Assembly (NCBI GenBank): GCA_010093605.1
Contig: MU004190.1
Location: 1,509,599-1,573,598, forward strand
Direction: 5' to 3'
DNA from: Lophium mytilinum
Lineage: Eukaryota
DNA: 64,000 bases
In this document: in pieces, positions 1-13,381 of the stretch
Layout: each line of letters begins with the position of its first letter
How positions within the stretch are numbered: the stretch's first letter is position 1
Program-made: the position numbers and the translations under genes
Notes under the pieces: model-generated
The model's database searches: none
The model's input: only the letters and a program-made list of their open reading frames with translations
Told to the model about the DNA's origin: nothing

Positions 1-843
1 CTTAGCGCCCCCTCTTAACTAGTACTTAGTATAGATAGTTAGCTTTAGGTCTCTACTATATACCCTATAATATATACTTTCTATATACTTTCTATTTCTT
101 ATAGCCCTTCTATTTCTAAATAGCCTACCTACTTTATAATAGTATATATACGCGGCTTCCTCTCTTCTACTATTAGTTAGTTATACTATAAGGGCTTATA
201 CTTGCTATAAGCGGCTATATACTTTCTAATTATAGACTATAAACTATATACTCTATACTTTTAGCTCTTCTATAGCTATTAGCTATGCTATAGAGGCTTA
301 TATATACTACTATAGCTATAAACTCTATATAGCTGCTTATAGCCCTTCTACTCTTATAGCCTGCCTATAAACTATATACTTTCTATATATCTCTACTATA
401 TACTACCTATATACCGCGCAGCCTTTCTATTTCTAATAGCCTATACGGCCACTATTTATTTTACCTTATTGCCTTAGATAAAGGCCCCGCGAGCGCACTA
501 CTTATACGCGGGCCCTTACACTAATTCTATACTAGCCTTGCATCTGGATTCTACTTAGCCTAAACCTAGAAGGATAATAATAAACCTTTCTAGATAGATA
601 TAGGAAGACGCATCTTAATAGCTTATTCTATAGTAGTTTTTATAGACCTACTATATGTCCCCTATAGTAAAATATAAAGGAGAAGGGCGCCTAACACTAA
701 ATATAATAGAGGACGAGGTTTTCACCTAAATGCTGCCCGGTAGCAAACGGTTTCCCCTTATAAATTAGCCTAGATAGAATAGCTATATGGACCCTAACGG
801 GAGCTACACTAGCGTAATAGAATTTAATAATAATAATAATAAT
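1..843 (+). mobile_element. 3' end of a RIP-mutated non-LTR (LINE, probably Tad1-like) retrotransposon ending in an (AAT)n tail
   Basis: About 200 bp at ~633-843 is repeated at 28691-28896, where it is 5'-truncated and flanked by a long TSD; both copies end in (AAT)n. The sequence is CpA/TpG-depleted and TpA-rich (RIP). Confidence 0.6.
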
Positions 844-1465
844 ATCTTAATAGTACTATTAAATATCTTAGTTCTATTAAATAGCTATAGTTCTAGCTAT
901 ATAGCTGCCGGCTAGCTAAATCTTTTAAGTTTCTAGTATCTACTAGTAAACCTATTAATAGGCGTCCGCTTATATAGTAATAAAGTTATATATCTAAACT
1001 ATCTAGATAGAGTATATATTATTATTAACTTTGCCTAACTATATAGTAGAAGTTCTTATAAAAACTTTAGATAGCGCTATTAAATAAGGTTCTCTTATAG
1101 CTAATATTCTCTTAAAAGCTTATTAGAGCTTTTATATAGTTTATTCTAATATAGGCTTATTATAGTCTAGTATTAAATAATCTAAGAAAGTATTAGATAA
1201 TAGATTCTAGAAGTTAGTAGCACCCTAAAAAGTAGGCTACTACTAGGGGTTATCTAATATATTCTTAACGCGGGTATAGTAATTAAAGACTATAGCTTAT
1301 AGCTAGCTATTCTAGTATAGTAGCCTACTACTATTATATAGAAGAAGCTAATATAAAACTAAAGAGTTTTAGTCTCTAGTAATCTATTATATACTCTATT
1401 ATAGGGGCTTAGAAGTATTAATAGCTATCTAAAGAAGGTATAAATAATAGCTCTTAATAGATAAG

Positions 1466-1701
1466 TATTAGGTTTATAGCTAAGAAAAGAATTATATTAC
1501 TATTAATAAGGTTATATAGAGAGAAGAGAGGCTCCGGCTATAAGCCTACTATATAGATAAGTGCGCGCCGGTAGAACCCTAGGCACTAGTAGAACCCCGG
1601 GCGCTAGAAGAACTCTTAGCCTAGAGATTACGTAACGTCTATATATATAATAACCCCTAGCCTTAATAACTACTAAGAGAATACTAAGAAATAATATAAT
1701 A
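1466..1701 (-). repeat. 3' LTR of the Gypsy element
   Basis: Near-identical to 8441-8676; differences are mostly C/T and G/A transitions; adjacent to the PPT. Confidence 0.9.
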
Positions 1702-4700
1702 TATACCCCCCCCTTTTAAAAACTAAGCTTCTATAAGAACTATAGAAAGACTTACTATTAAACTTATATATTAGATAGCTAATATAGGCGTAGCTCTGCG
1801 TATAGATAGAGCGTACTAATAAAATTATATAGATAGGCGTTCTTAGTTAAATTAATTCTACTATCTAATAACGGCGTAGAATCTTAGGTTATACTAGACT
1901 ATTATAATAATATAGTAATATTCTAGAGGTTCTACTATATAGGTAGAGTCTAGTTCTTTAGTTTAATAAAGTAAGCGGGCGGTTTAGGCTTCTGTAGGCT
2001 ATAATAATAGAAGTTAAAGACTTTATAGAGGTAGCCTTTAAAATTTCTAGATAGTTACTAGAACCTATATAGTTATGCACTACTAATATAGTAAACTTTA
2101 TACTATATATTATTATTCTTAATATATAAGTTAATAATTTAAGCAACTATAAATTCTTCTATAGGTTTATTATTATCTTTATACTAGATTAGCTCTAGCA
2201 GTAGTATAGGTTCCGGCTAATTCTAGCCTTTAATAGGTTTAGAAGTATCTAGCTATAGTAGTAATAGATAGAAGATATTATAGATCTTAGTATTAAATAG
2301 TAGATCTAATTAGAAGGCAGCACCGCGATTAATAACTTTATTAACGCGGAAAGGTTCTATAAACTTATTATCTAGTGCTTTCTTAGCGCGGTCTAGCTTA
2401 ATATTCTTAGTATTAAGCTATACTATATTATTAACGCGTATATCTATAGCTATATTATAGTAGTAGTTAGCTTAGTAAGTTTATTTTTCTTAAGCCTATA
2501 TAATATAGTTCTATAGATAGACCTTAATATTCTTTAGGCGTTAAGTAATATTATTAGCTAGCTTACGCTTAATCTTCTTATTTTTAGATATCTTCTTATT
2601 ATTAGTAGCTAGCGGCTTAAGCTCTAAGTAAGGGGTGTAGCTATAATTAGTAAAGAATAGTAATAGGCCTATAGTAGCTAATATATAGGTATTTATAATA
2701 AATTCTACTAAGAGTAGTAGATTATACTAGTTATTCTATATATAGTTAATATAGGCTTATAGGTACTTCTTTATATTAGTATTAGTAATTTCTATCTAAC
2801 TATCTATTTCTAGGTGGAAGGCGGTAGATATATTAAGTAATAATTATAACTAATAATAGAGGTATTGCTAGAACTTAGAAGTAAATTATATGCCTAGGTT
2901 ACTAGTAATAGACGCTAGTAGTCTATAGAGTTAATAGATCTATTAGAAATAGACTTTAGTAAGCTTATCTACTTCTAGTAAGGTAATAGTAAGAAAGTAA
3001 TATTTCTTAGATAACTAGTTAATTATAATAAGTATATAGCGGTACTTACGGCTGTAATATTTATAAATAGGTAAGTTAACTATATAGTCTAATATAATGT
3101 CGCGCTAGTAGTAGAGAGAAACGGGTAAGAGATAGAGAAAGCCTTACTTAGTAAAGTTAGATAGTTTAATATTATAGTAGCGCTAGCACGCGTTAATATC
3201 CTTTATAATTAATTTAGTAAACCTAGGCTAATAGTAGTTTAGGTAAATGCGCTAGAGGTAGTCTATATAGCCCCTATAGCCTGCACTAGTATAGTTATAG
3301 CCTAGTTATATAATTCTAAGCTAGAGGGCGGCTAATTATAGTATAAATAGTTATTAAGAGTCCTTATAGAAAATCTATAGTTTATTATTACTAACTTCTA
3401 ACTTACTTATTAATAGTTAGACGCGCTTATTCTTTAGAATATTGCGTAGAAGCTTTTAATTACTATATTACTTAAGCGCTATAATATAGTAGACTAGATA
3501 GTTATCTAATTTATTATCTAGGTTGTTACTACTATTATAGAAAGCGCTTTTATCTATCTTATAGGCCTCCTTAATAAGTTTATATAGAGGCCGGGTATAA
3601 TTTACTTCTATAACGCCTATAGTACGGAGGTAGAGCTCTTTTAATACTTCTAAGGTAAAGTTCTTTATCTTAATTATAGTTTGCTATTAAAATAGGAATT
3701 ATTTATTATTATCTAATTGCGGAAGGTCCTAGCTATAACGCGTAAGACTATTCGGTTTAGTTTTAAGGCGGCCAGGCCGGTATATTAGAATGTAGTTAAT
3801 TTTAGAGAGAATCTAGAGCTAGCGCATCTATTACTAGTTAAGCTATTATATAGTTATAAAGTATAGTAGATTTTAGTAATCTATTAATACTTAGATAGAG
3901 TTCTAGTATCTATTACCCTAGTACTATAGCTTCTATTTCTTAAAAGTAAGAATAATAGTAAGTAATTCTTTATTATAAATCTTATAGTTATATTCCGCTA
4001 GCGTTATCTTATAGAAGTAGAAAGTAATAGAGTACTATATACTATTATTATAGAGCTATAAGAATACGCCTACAGTAATATAATTTAACGCGTCTATTTT
4101 AATATATAATTTCTAGTTAAGATTAAAGTGCTTAAGATAAGGTGCGGTAGTAAATACTATTTTAAGGTTATTAAAGGCTTTCTAATAGCTTAATATCTAT
4201 TTAAAATAGATGCGCCCGTCTAGTCCCTTTTATAAGAGGTTAGTAAATAGCTTATAGAACTATAAGAACCCTTATATAAAATGCCTATAAAAATTAGCTA
4301 GGCCTAGAAAGGCCTAGATATTTTTAAGGCATATAGAAGTAGCCTATTTAGTAATAGTTTTAACTTTCTCTAGGTCTATCTTAACGCCCTTAGTTATAAT
4401 AATAAGGCTAAGGTATTTAATATATTTAATAAGAAATTTATATTTATTAATATTAAGGTATAGGCTAGCTTTATATAGCTAGTCTAGTATCTTTTATATA
4501 TATATAATATATTCTTCTTCTATTCTATCTATAAATACTAGTATATTATCTATATAGGCTAAATAGAAATTATCTAGGTATTTATAGAGGACGTTATTTA
4601 TAAATATCTAGAAGGTACCGGGCCTATTATATATTCTAAAGCCTAGAACCTTAGATTAAAATATTCTATAGCGTGTAATAAAAGCTATTTTCTATTTATT

Positions 4701-7700
4701 ACCGGGTTTAATATATACGCGATTAAAAGTAGAGATAATATTTAATTTAGTATACTATTTAGCCTTATAGAGGCAATTAAGTATCTCTTAGATAATAGAA
4801 ATTAGGTATTAGTTCTTAATAGTAATAGTATTAAGGCCGCAATAGTTAATATAGAACTAATAGGTTCTATCTAGTTTCTTAATAAGTAGCACGGGTGCGT
4901 GCATAGAAGAATTACTATTCTTAATAAAACTATTACCTAGTAGCTTCTAAAGCTTATTATAGATAATATAGTTCTTCTCTTTTAATATAGCTTGGGTCTT
5001 ATATTTAGGTAGTAGAGCGTCTAGTTATAAAAGAATTACGTAGTTATAGTTATAGTATAGAGGTAGGTTTCTAGCTTTCTATTACGACTATATATTAACC
5101 TAAGGGTGGAAATACTTATCTAATTATTTCTATAGTTTATTAGATAAATATATTCTATATTTCTTTATAAACTTATTATATTTATTAATATAAAGAGCGT
5201 ATAGTTTAAGCGTGCTATTATTCTCTAGAATACTAATAACATATCTAATTACGGGCGTATTAAATAGAGAGTTATCTAGCTTAGAGATAAATTCTAGTCT
5301 ATAGATCTAAATAAGGTTCTTAAACTTAGCGCGTTAAATATAGTATTCTATTAAACTAATAGATATTGTAAATAAGAATATAGACTAAAGCTTATTAGGC
5401 CCTGTAGCATAGAATAGAGCCCCCTTATAGTATATCTTAGCTAGTATACTATTATAATAGCAGTATAGATTACAGCATTATAATTAGTAGAAGTAGAAGC
5501 TCTTTTTAATAAAGTCTATTTCTAGGTTATAAGTTTTATACTAATCTATACTAAGGACTAGAGGAATATATTCTAGGTTAGTAATATAGTAGACTAGCTA
5601 CTCTATATATAAGCCTATAGCGATATTAATAATTGCGGCATATATAATAGACTAAAAGGAGTTAGAGTTATTAATATAGGTAAGATAGTAAGGTAAATTA
5701 AGAGGAATTTAATAGATTTTATATTTGCGCGTAAATAATTAATTAATAAAAGAGAATATTATACTATTATTAGAGAGAGAGTAAGTATAAATAATTTAAT
5801 TACTATTTAAGGCTATAGAATAAGGAAGTAAGTACTAACTACCTTTCTTTAGCTAGAGCTTTATAATATTATACTAAGTATATATAATAGCTATTATAGA
5901 AATATAGAGTTCTAGCTAGTTTTTATTATTCTTAATATACTCTAGGACTTTCTATAGCTAAAAGAGGGTATTAAATTAGGGTAGAGGTTCTACTACCTTC
6001 TTTATTTAGTACTTTTTAGGTATTCTATATTTAGTACCCCTATAGTAGCTTTTATATAGTTTCCGGTTCTTTCTTTATAGTTCTAGAAGGTTATTATCTA
6101 TAGAAACTAAGTTACTATACTTAGAGAAAGCTAGTATAGAATAAGGGGTAGATAATAGAGTTAATAATAGAGTAGATAATAGGGTAGGTTTATAATTAAT
6201 TATAATAGGTCCTTAGGCGCAACTATACTTAAGAACTACTTATTTTTCTAGCTAGAATACGTAGTATTAGTAGCGCGTAGAGGAAGGCTACTAGTTATCT
6301 AGATAGAGAAGTTTTAAAGAGGATAATTATTATTAATAGCGCGGTAACTAATATAGTAGTAATAGTTACACGCGCCTACTATATATATTCTCTCTTTATT
6401 AGCGTTAGTAAGCTTACTAATACTTTAGATATATACTAGTTTATCCGCTAGATTTATAGCGCGTAAGTATTATTCTATACTAGCTACGGCTATAATAGTA
6501 GAGGCGTGTAGAGTGCTAGTAGTAGTTATTAAAAAAGTTATTATAGTTATAGTAGTTGTATTAGCACCTATAGTAGGCGTAGATAAGTAGCCGCTATAGC
6601 TACAGCCCCGGCTATAAGTAGATTAGGTAGTTATTATAAAGGTTATTATAGCCTAATAAGGCTAGAAGATAAGAGTATTATACTTCTTAGCCTACTAGAA
6701 GGCTATATTCTATATATCTATAGTATAAATATATTATATAAAGTTATTAAAGTAATTATATATTATACTATTAACTAGTTTAAATTATAGGTAGGGCGTA
6801 AGGCGTATTTTAAATTAGTAGATAAGCTTAGCTAGCCCTTAGTTTAAATTACTAATAATATTAAGAAAGTAGTTATAGAAGGTTATAAATAAGTTATTAC
6901 CTATATAGAGAGTTTTAAGTTATATTAGCGCCTTAGCCTTAATATTATATTTACTATAGCTATTATTAAGAGAGTAGAGGGCGTTAGTCTTATTATAGAT
7001 AATTTAATTACGGCGCTGTACCTAGATATACTTAAAGGGTCCGCCTAATAGAACGCTTTTAATATAGTTAAGCTTATAGCTATCTATCTCTTTAGAAAAA
7101 GTATAGTAAATCTTAGTAAGAACTTTACTGCGCTAGATTAGATATATATTAAGGTCCTCTCTATTAAATATAACCGGGTCCGGCCAGCAGTAATTACGCT
7201 AGTAGAATATTAATAATAGCTAAGTATATAGTAGGGTGCAGCTATTATAGTAGCTATTATTATAATATTAGTTATCTAAGCGTTTATTATATAGAGAGGT
7301 AGAGCGGTAGGCTTAGTTACTACCGCCGCGCAGGTTTATATTTAGGGTAGAAGAAGTATAGCTAGGCTCTATATAGCTATTATAGCTATTATAACTATAG
7401 TTATTAGGTCTATCTAGTAGTTATCCTCTAGTCCCGCTATTTATCTACTAATAGTTAATGTTATTATCGCGCCGCTTATTATTATTAAAACAAATAGGTT
7501 CTTTAGGCGTTATCTTAGTAGGCTTAGACTATTATTATTATTAGAGGTTATATATATAAGCCTAGGCAGCCTAGAAGCTAAGATTAAAATTATTAAGCTA
7601 GACCTTTAGGTCTCTAATAGTCTTATCTATATTATTAAACCGCTTATAAAGGTTTATAGATATATTCTTCTATTTCTTTAAGCCGGCGCTATAGTTATTA

Positions 7701-8440
7701 ATATAGATATTAGTACTCTTAACTAGAGCGCGTAGTAGTTTAAAGGCTTTAAGCGGCTTAGAATTTACCTATTAATAGAACTTAAATAAGTTCTAGAATA
7801 TAGTACCTTCTAGCTTTATAGTTAGGTCCTTAATATTATATAAGTCTAGAAGAAGGTTAAAAGTAATAGAGCTTTCTATATTCTAGTTCTAGAAGTCTAT
7901 ACTAATAGTATAGAAGTTCTAGGTATTAAGGGCCTCTATAATAGCTATATTAAGTAGCTTACTAACGCGTTTATACTACTTAGTAAAACGGTTTTATTAA
8001 TTCTTTATATATAAGGCTAAGCGGTTAAGGTCTACTTATAGTACTTTCTTATCTACTTTCTTAAAGATATTACCCTAAGTATAGTTCTATATCTTATTAA
8101 AGTTCTAGTAACTAACCCCCCTCTTACCTTATAGAATATTAGAGTTATAGAGTTATCTACCGGGCGTATTAATATAGTTAGTTATACCTAGTTACTTATA
8201 GTAAGGCCTAGGCTTTATACAGGTATAGAAAATAAGAAGAGAGTATTAGAGTAAGTAAGTAAGTAAGTAGAAAAAGAAAATATATTAGTTTTAATATTAG
8301 TAATTAAGTAATTATATAGCTAAATCTTAAAGCTAGTAGTACTTATATAGGCGCGCGCGCACGGTAGTATAGCTATATAAAAAGAAATTAAGGTTTCTAT
8401 ATTTCTATATTTTTAGGTTTTAAAGAATAACGCAATCTAG

Positions 8441-8676
8441 TATTAGGTTTATAGCTAAGAAAAGGGTTATATTACTATTAATAAGGTTATATAGAGAGGA
8501 GAGAGGCTCCGGCTATAAGCCTACTATATAGATAAGTACGCGCTAGTAGAACTCCGGGCGCTAGTAGAACCCCGGGCGCCGGAAAAACTCTTAGCCTAGA
8601 GATTATATAACGTCTATATATATAATAACCCCTAGCCTTAATAACTACTAAGAGAATACTAAGAAATAATATAATA
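8441..8676 (-). repeat. 5' LTR of the Gypsy element
   Basis: Near-identical to 1466-1701; followed on the minus strand by a PBS-position sequence AGATTGCGT. Confidence 0.9.
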
Positions 8677-8680
8677 TAAG

Positions 8681-9690
8681 CCCTAGATTATAGGCTAGAG
8701 CACTACTATAAATAATTAGAGAACCTTAAACTAGTAGCTTAATAGATTCTAGGGTAGTAGCCTACTTAGCCTATAAGGCTAATATTAGATTAGATAGATT
8801 ATAAAATATAGTACTAAACTAAAAGAGCCTTTAAAAGAGTTTTTAAAGGTTAAAAGATAATCTATTAGAATAATAATATCTATTACTAAATATAAAAGAA
8901 AGCTAAGGGTTATAAAATATCTAAGAATAAGAAAGAGTAGAAAAGAGTTAATAACTATAATATAATTAAAGTAAAGAGTAAGAAAAGAGTACTAAGATAG
9001 TAATATTAAGTTTCTTTTTTAAATGCTTTTTAATATCCTATTAGAGAGGGAGAATTTTTAGAAGAACTTCTCTACCTTCTTCTTATAATTAACTTATAAG
9101 AATTTCTAATTACTATATAATTATTAGGCTCTATTAAGCTATAATATTATTCTTCTTACTATTCTACTATTAATCTTACTTTAGTAGCTAATAGAACGCG
9201 TAGTTAGTTATATAGAAGTATTAAAAGAGATAGAAAAATTCTATAGTAATATTCTAGCTAAGGGCTTTTTAGATCTATACTATTTAATTTTTATAAGAAT
9301 ATTTATAATAGATAGTTATACTATAATACTAGCCTAATACTAATTAGAGGCTATTATTAATAGTTATTATTAATTACTAATTAGGTTAATTTTTAGAAAC
9401 TATTAATATAGCTTAGTATTATTATAATAATCTAAAAATTCTACTAATTATAGAAGCTAATATCTTCTATTATTACTAAGGGTTAATTATAAAAATATAG
9501 CCTTAGCTAGCTCTATACTATTAAGTTTAAGAACCTAATAGCCCTCTAAAAAGGCCTTAGAGGCGGCTAGACTATAACTAAGCTACTAGATATAATATTT
9601 CTAATTATATAATATAAGAATTTTAAGAATAATAGATATTAATTCTATATAGAAATCTAGCTAGGCTATATATATATTAGAGAGGCCCAT
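8681..9690. other. Unidentified RIP-degraded DNA, probably continuous with 844-1465 before the Gypsy insertion
   Basis: Extreme TpA enrichment; the TAAG TSD joins 1465 to 8681; no recognisable motif. Confidence 0.5.
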
Positions 9691-9818
9691 GCAGGCCTTA
9701 ATTACACTAGATCTATATAGGAAAGCGTTCCTACAGTAGATCTATACATCACGTGCACGACATCTAAATATCAACCGTATATTAAGAATTCCACAGCAGA
9801 ACGTCTAGACTTGCCATC

Positions 9819-11868
9819 ATGACTTCTACACAACCTGCATCGCACGGCCCGAAGCGCACTCGAACCCGAAAGGCAGCTCCGGGTCACAGCGTGGAGGAAC
9901 CCCCTACCTGGGATGACGATGCAAAGGAAAAGGCGAAACAGCAGGACCGCATCAACAGACGCCGTACCCAGAACCGCATATCTCAGCAATGCGTTCGAGA
10001 GAAAGCACAAGCACATGCGAAACAACTCGAAGTATTGTCTGCGATGGTCAGGCCGATCATGCAGACTGCTGGCTCATCGGATGGAGCCTCTCAGTCTGCA
10101 TTGATTCAGAACCAGATGGCGCTCATTGATGAGAATAAGGAGCTGCGAGAAGCGCTCCTACAGATGCGGAAGAAGCTTCTGTCTTTGAGTTCTGCTGCGT
10201 CTGCTGTAGCTGGTAAGGCACACCATTTGTAATGGTAACGATATCAGAGCTGAGAGTTGTAGACCATCCTGTATTCAGCCAACTTTTGCAGAAGGGGAGC
10301 TCCTTGAAGAGGCGCCGTGGCTGTCGAGCTGATGATATCGAGCTTGATAAGGACCAGTCAAAGGGAGACGAAGAGAGGGATTCCCGCAGTATCTCTGCCG
10401 TACGGAAATCGGTTGAATCGTCTATATCGGTTCCTGATGAGCATGGAACGGGAGGTTCAGAGGATCATATCGCACCACCAGATCTGCCATTGATGAAAGG
10501 CGAATCTTCTGCACACCAAACCGACGATCTAACCCGCAGCCCTCCAGCCGAATCAGGGACGCATCTAGATGGAATGGGTTTCGACAATCAGGATCAACAC
10601 AATGATCCGGAACTACCTCACGTCTTCGAACTCGATTTCTCAGACCTGATCACACCCGCGGAAACTACAATATCCGGCTCACAGGATCTTGCTATTGCAA
10701 ACCTCCCGTGGATCTATCCCCTTCAGCTGAGTCCTATGGTGGCATTGTCAGCAACGTTCCCAGCTGAGCGCATAGGACCTCGAAGCAACTTATTTCCCAA
10801 TTCTGTATCTGCTGAGATAATAAAACTAGCTCAGCAGATTGAAGAAGCCAGTATTTCGTACTTGAGAAAAACAGTGGCATCACAGTCAAAGCCGACTTTG
10901 GAGACCGGATTCGGGAATACTAACTCATATGAAGATCAACGGGCGTTGGGGGTCTGCCCAGATCTCTTGTCCGAGATCTCAAAGGTTGGAGTATACTTGA
11001 TGGTAAGAGTAGGAGGACAATCACCATATGTCTATGGCACTGGTGCGAATGAAGTGATGGAGAAAGTATTTCGTTGGCGTTGCACTCCCTCATTACAAAA
11101 TAGAAGGGCTATCCCCGAGCCATTTCGCCCTACGACGCTGCAGACAATGAGTATGAATCATCCAAACATCATCGATTTCGTGAATTGGGGTTGTATAAGA
11201 GACCAGGTAAGCATTCACTTACAAAGGCATTTCAAAAATCTTGCTTATTCACTTTCCTAGCTGATCTATAAACACGGAACATACGACATGGAGCAAATGT
11301 TTACTGATCTTTTGTTGAACACTGTCATCGAGATCCCGCAGTTCCAAGTCTCCATAAACATCCTAGACACATTCATTCAAAGAGTCTTCAGTACCACGGC
11401 AGCCACCTCCTTCAATAGCAAGGGACACGACAACAATGATATATCTTCTAGCTTCAGCAACACCGCGGTGCCTCCGACCATCCGACTCGATGAGCTCCCG
11501 CGTCGGTGTCGCGAGCACATCGTCAATATTGTTCGGGAGATGCCTTCACACACGATTCCAAAACTCAACCTGAAGTCCTTGCCCTTGACGCAGAACCACC
11601 TGCAGAGGCACCAGTTAGCGTCCAAATGGGGCCTGTATCAGCTGGTTAGCTGGAAAGTCAGCAGGGAGTTTGCGATGGTACATCCAGAAATTGATTGCTC
11701 GTCCGGTGCGTCCCGTTTCTCCTCTACGGCTAGCTGGGCTACCTCAAAACGTATTAAGCGGGCGCAAAGTTTTTTCATGACGCACTGGGTTTTACACACC
11801 ACGCTAACATCGCTTCAGTCATGTCTCGATATCCGATGTGCAGCTCAACGTTGATTCCTGAGCTCTGA
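9819..11868 (+). CDS. bZIP transcription factor with C-terminal DUF3425-type domain (4 exons)
   Basis: Basic region 'DRINRRRTQNRISQQCVREK' followed by a coiled coil; 'IPEPFRPTTLQ...HPNIIDFVNWGCIRDQLI' is typical of DUF3425. GT-AG introns at ~10212-10262, 11207-11260 and 11706-11818. Confidence 0.8.
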
Positions 11869-12638
11869 AATCGAGCTCATGCAATGTAAAAACATGGAAG
11901 CAAAGGTGATATAGCACCTTTGTACGGCTACTCTTAAGACCCCTTTATGCTTCAAGAACATTTGGGCCAGAATATTGGTGTAATCTGGACTCAGATATGG
12001 GCGTTCATTCGACCGCGGACTGAAACGACGGTGTAGACAAAGACATTGCCCTACTGAAATGCCCGTGCGGTATAGCTGGACCGACTTGGCAAGGTTTGGA
12101 GACAATGCCGTCATTTGATGAGATGAAAGAGTCGCCTAGTTTTAGATATAATGAAAAGGATATTGAATTGAGAATTATACTTCCTCCTTGCCACCCCGGT
12201 ATTTGCTGACTCGAGCACTCCTTACAGTGCTATCGATAGAGCAAGCGTCCAGCCCTAGCAGTGACTTCTACATGTCAGTGTGCCAAACTTACAGCGTACT
12301 ATTGCAAGGTTACGAGTCAAAATACACTGTGCTTTAAAGGTTCTTATAAAGCCACAGGCCTCGTTAAAAGTCGTGAGGGAAAAGAATGCCCGTGCTATCT
12401 ACACCAAGACCCATTTCCGCGTATCTGCAACTCTAGTATGGAGCAGACCACCTACAGCCAGGAGCGTGTTCCCCGTAGCCTCTTGACGGACTGACCGGAT
12501 AGGAAACACCGTGCGGGCATGATCTCACACCTTCCCTTCGGGCGTAGCGGGCGTCATATCCTTGCCAATGATGCAAAGTTGAACCGGACCCTGACGACCT
12601 TCCATGAACCTACATTGGGCATTAGCTTGCGGACTAAG

Positions 12639-13124
12639 TCATGTTACGATCTGGGAACTCACTGGGCAAATACACTCCTGGTCTGGTATACGGGCGCTCG
12701 CGAAGCCATAAGCCCCATTTCCTCCCCATCCCGAACTCGACGAACTGGTGTGGACGTGTCCTCGTGGTCTGGCGCTGTTGAGATAATGTCGGTGAGAGTT
12801 TGCGCGGCGGTCTTGGTCGTCTAGCCATGCCTCATTGACGTGAAACTCCGTCGCAGTAGAGTTTCTTTCTCGATTTGCGAGGTATGAGTCTCGTTGCGCA
12901 TCGTACCGTGCCTCTGACGTGGCTTCTCGGTATATCCTCCTATATAGATCCGAAGCCGGTTGTTGGTAGTCTTCCGGTCGTGCAAAGGCTACTGCGAGGC
13001 GTTCATCGCAGGCTGCACGGTGTTGTCTTTTAGCTTCCTTGCGGCGTCTCTTCGCTTTCTTGATCACTTCGCGATCCCCACTGTGGCAGCTCAAGAATGC
13101 TGTGATTCCCGAGAGACAGCCCAT
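12639..13124 (-). CDS. Hypothetical 161-aa protein with N-terminal MGC motif (possible myristoylation/palmitoylation) and a basic cluster
   Basis: ATG ORF with an upstream TATA (minus-strand TATATAAT at ~13276-13283) and a low-complexity CAACT/AACTC-rich leader; no recognisable family. Confidence 0.5.
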   Translation of the reverse strand: MGCLSGITAFLSCHSGDREVIKKAKRRRKEAKRQHRAACDERLAVAFARPEDYQQPASDLYRRIYREATSEARYDAQRDSYLANRERNSTATEFHVNEAWLDDQDRRANSHRHYLNSARPRGHVHTSSSSSGWGGNGAYGFASARIPDQECICPVSSQIVT

Positions 13125-13301
13125 CTTAGCGCTAGTTGAGGGTGGGGGTTAGAGTTTGGAAGTTGGAGTTTGGAGTTAAAAGTTTGGTGTTGAAAGTTGG
13201 GAGTTGAAAGTTGTGAGTTGAGCTTGTGTGTTAAAGTTGAGCTAGCAAGAGGAAGAAGGACGCGGGGGAGACAAGATTATATACACGCAGAGGCGTCTGC
13301 T

Positions 13302-13381
13302 GTGGGTTGCGCTCTGATCTCTCTTCTTGGTACGGTGGGTTGCGCTCTGGATTTTACCTTGGTACCGTGGGTTGCGCTCTG
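13302..13381. promoter_or_regulatory. Three copies of GTGGGTTGCGCTCTG spaced 32-33 bp, just upstream of the TATA box of the 12639-13124 gene
   Basis: Exact 15-mers at 13302-13316, 13335-13349 and 13367-13381; copies 2 and 3 are both preceded by CTTGGTAC(G/C). Confidence 0.55.

Larger units (their letters stand above)
1466..8676 (-). mobile_element. Full-length Ty3/Gypsy (chromovirus-type) LTR retrotransposon inactivated by RIP
   Basis: Two 236-bp direct repeats (1466-1701, 8441-8676) with TATTA...TAATA ends (RIP of TGTCA...TGACA), flanked by TAAG/TAAG. A minus-strand G-run PPT lies at ~1706-1717. Minus-strand relic motifs include RT 'YLDNFYLAYIDNILVF' (~4530-4580, from Y-x-DD), 'LGFRIYNRPGTF' (~4610-4650) and integrase 'STAFHLEID' (~2805-2830), in RT-then-IN order. 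Confidence 0.92.

Noticed and set aside
1958..2146. 62-aa ORF in the AT block
   Set aside because: A chance stop-free stretch of the RIP-mutated Gypsy integrase C-terminal region, not an independent gene.
13302..13381. CRISPR-like repeat-spacer appearance
   Set aside because: Eukaryotic context, only three 15-bp repeats, related ~17-bp spacers and no cas genes.
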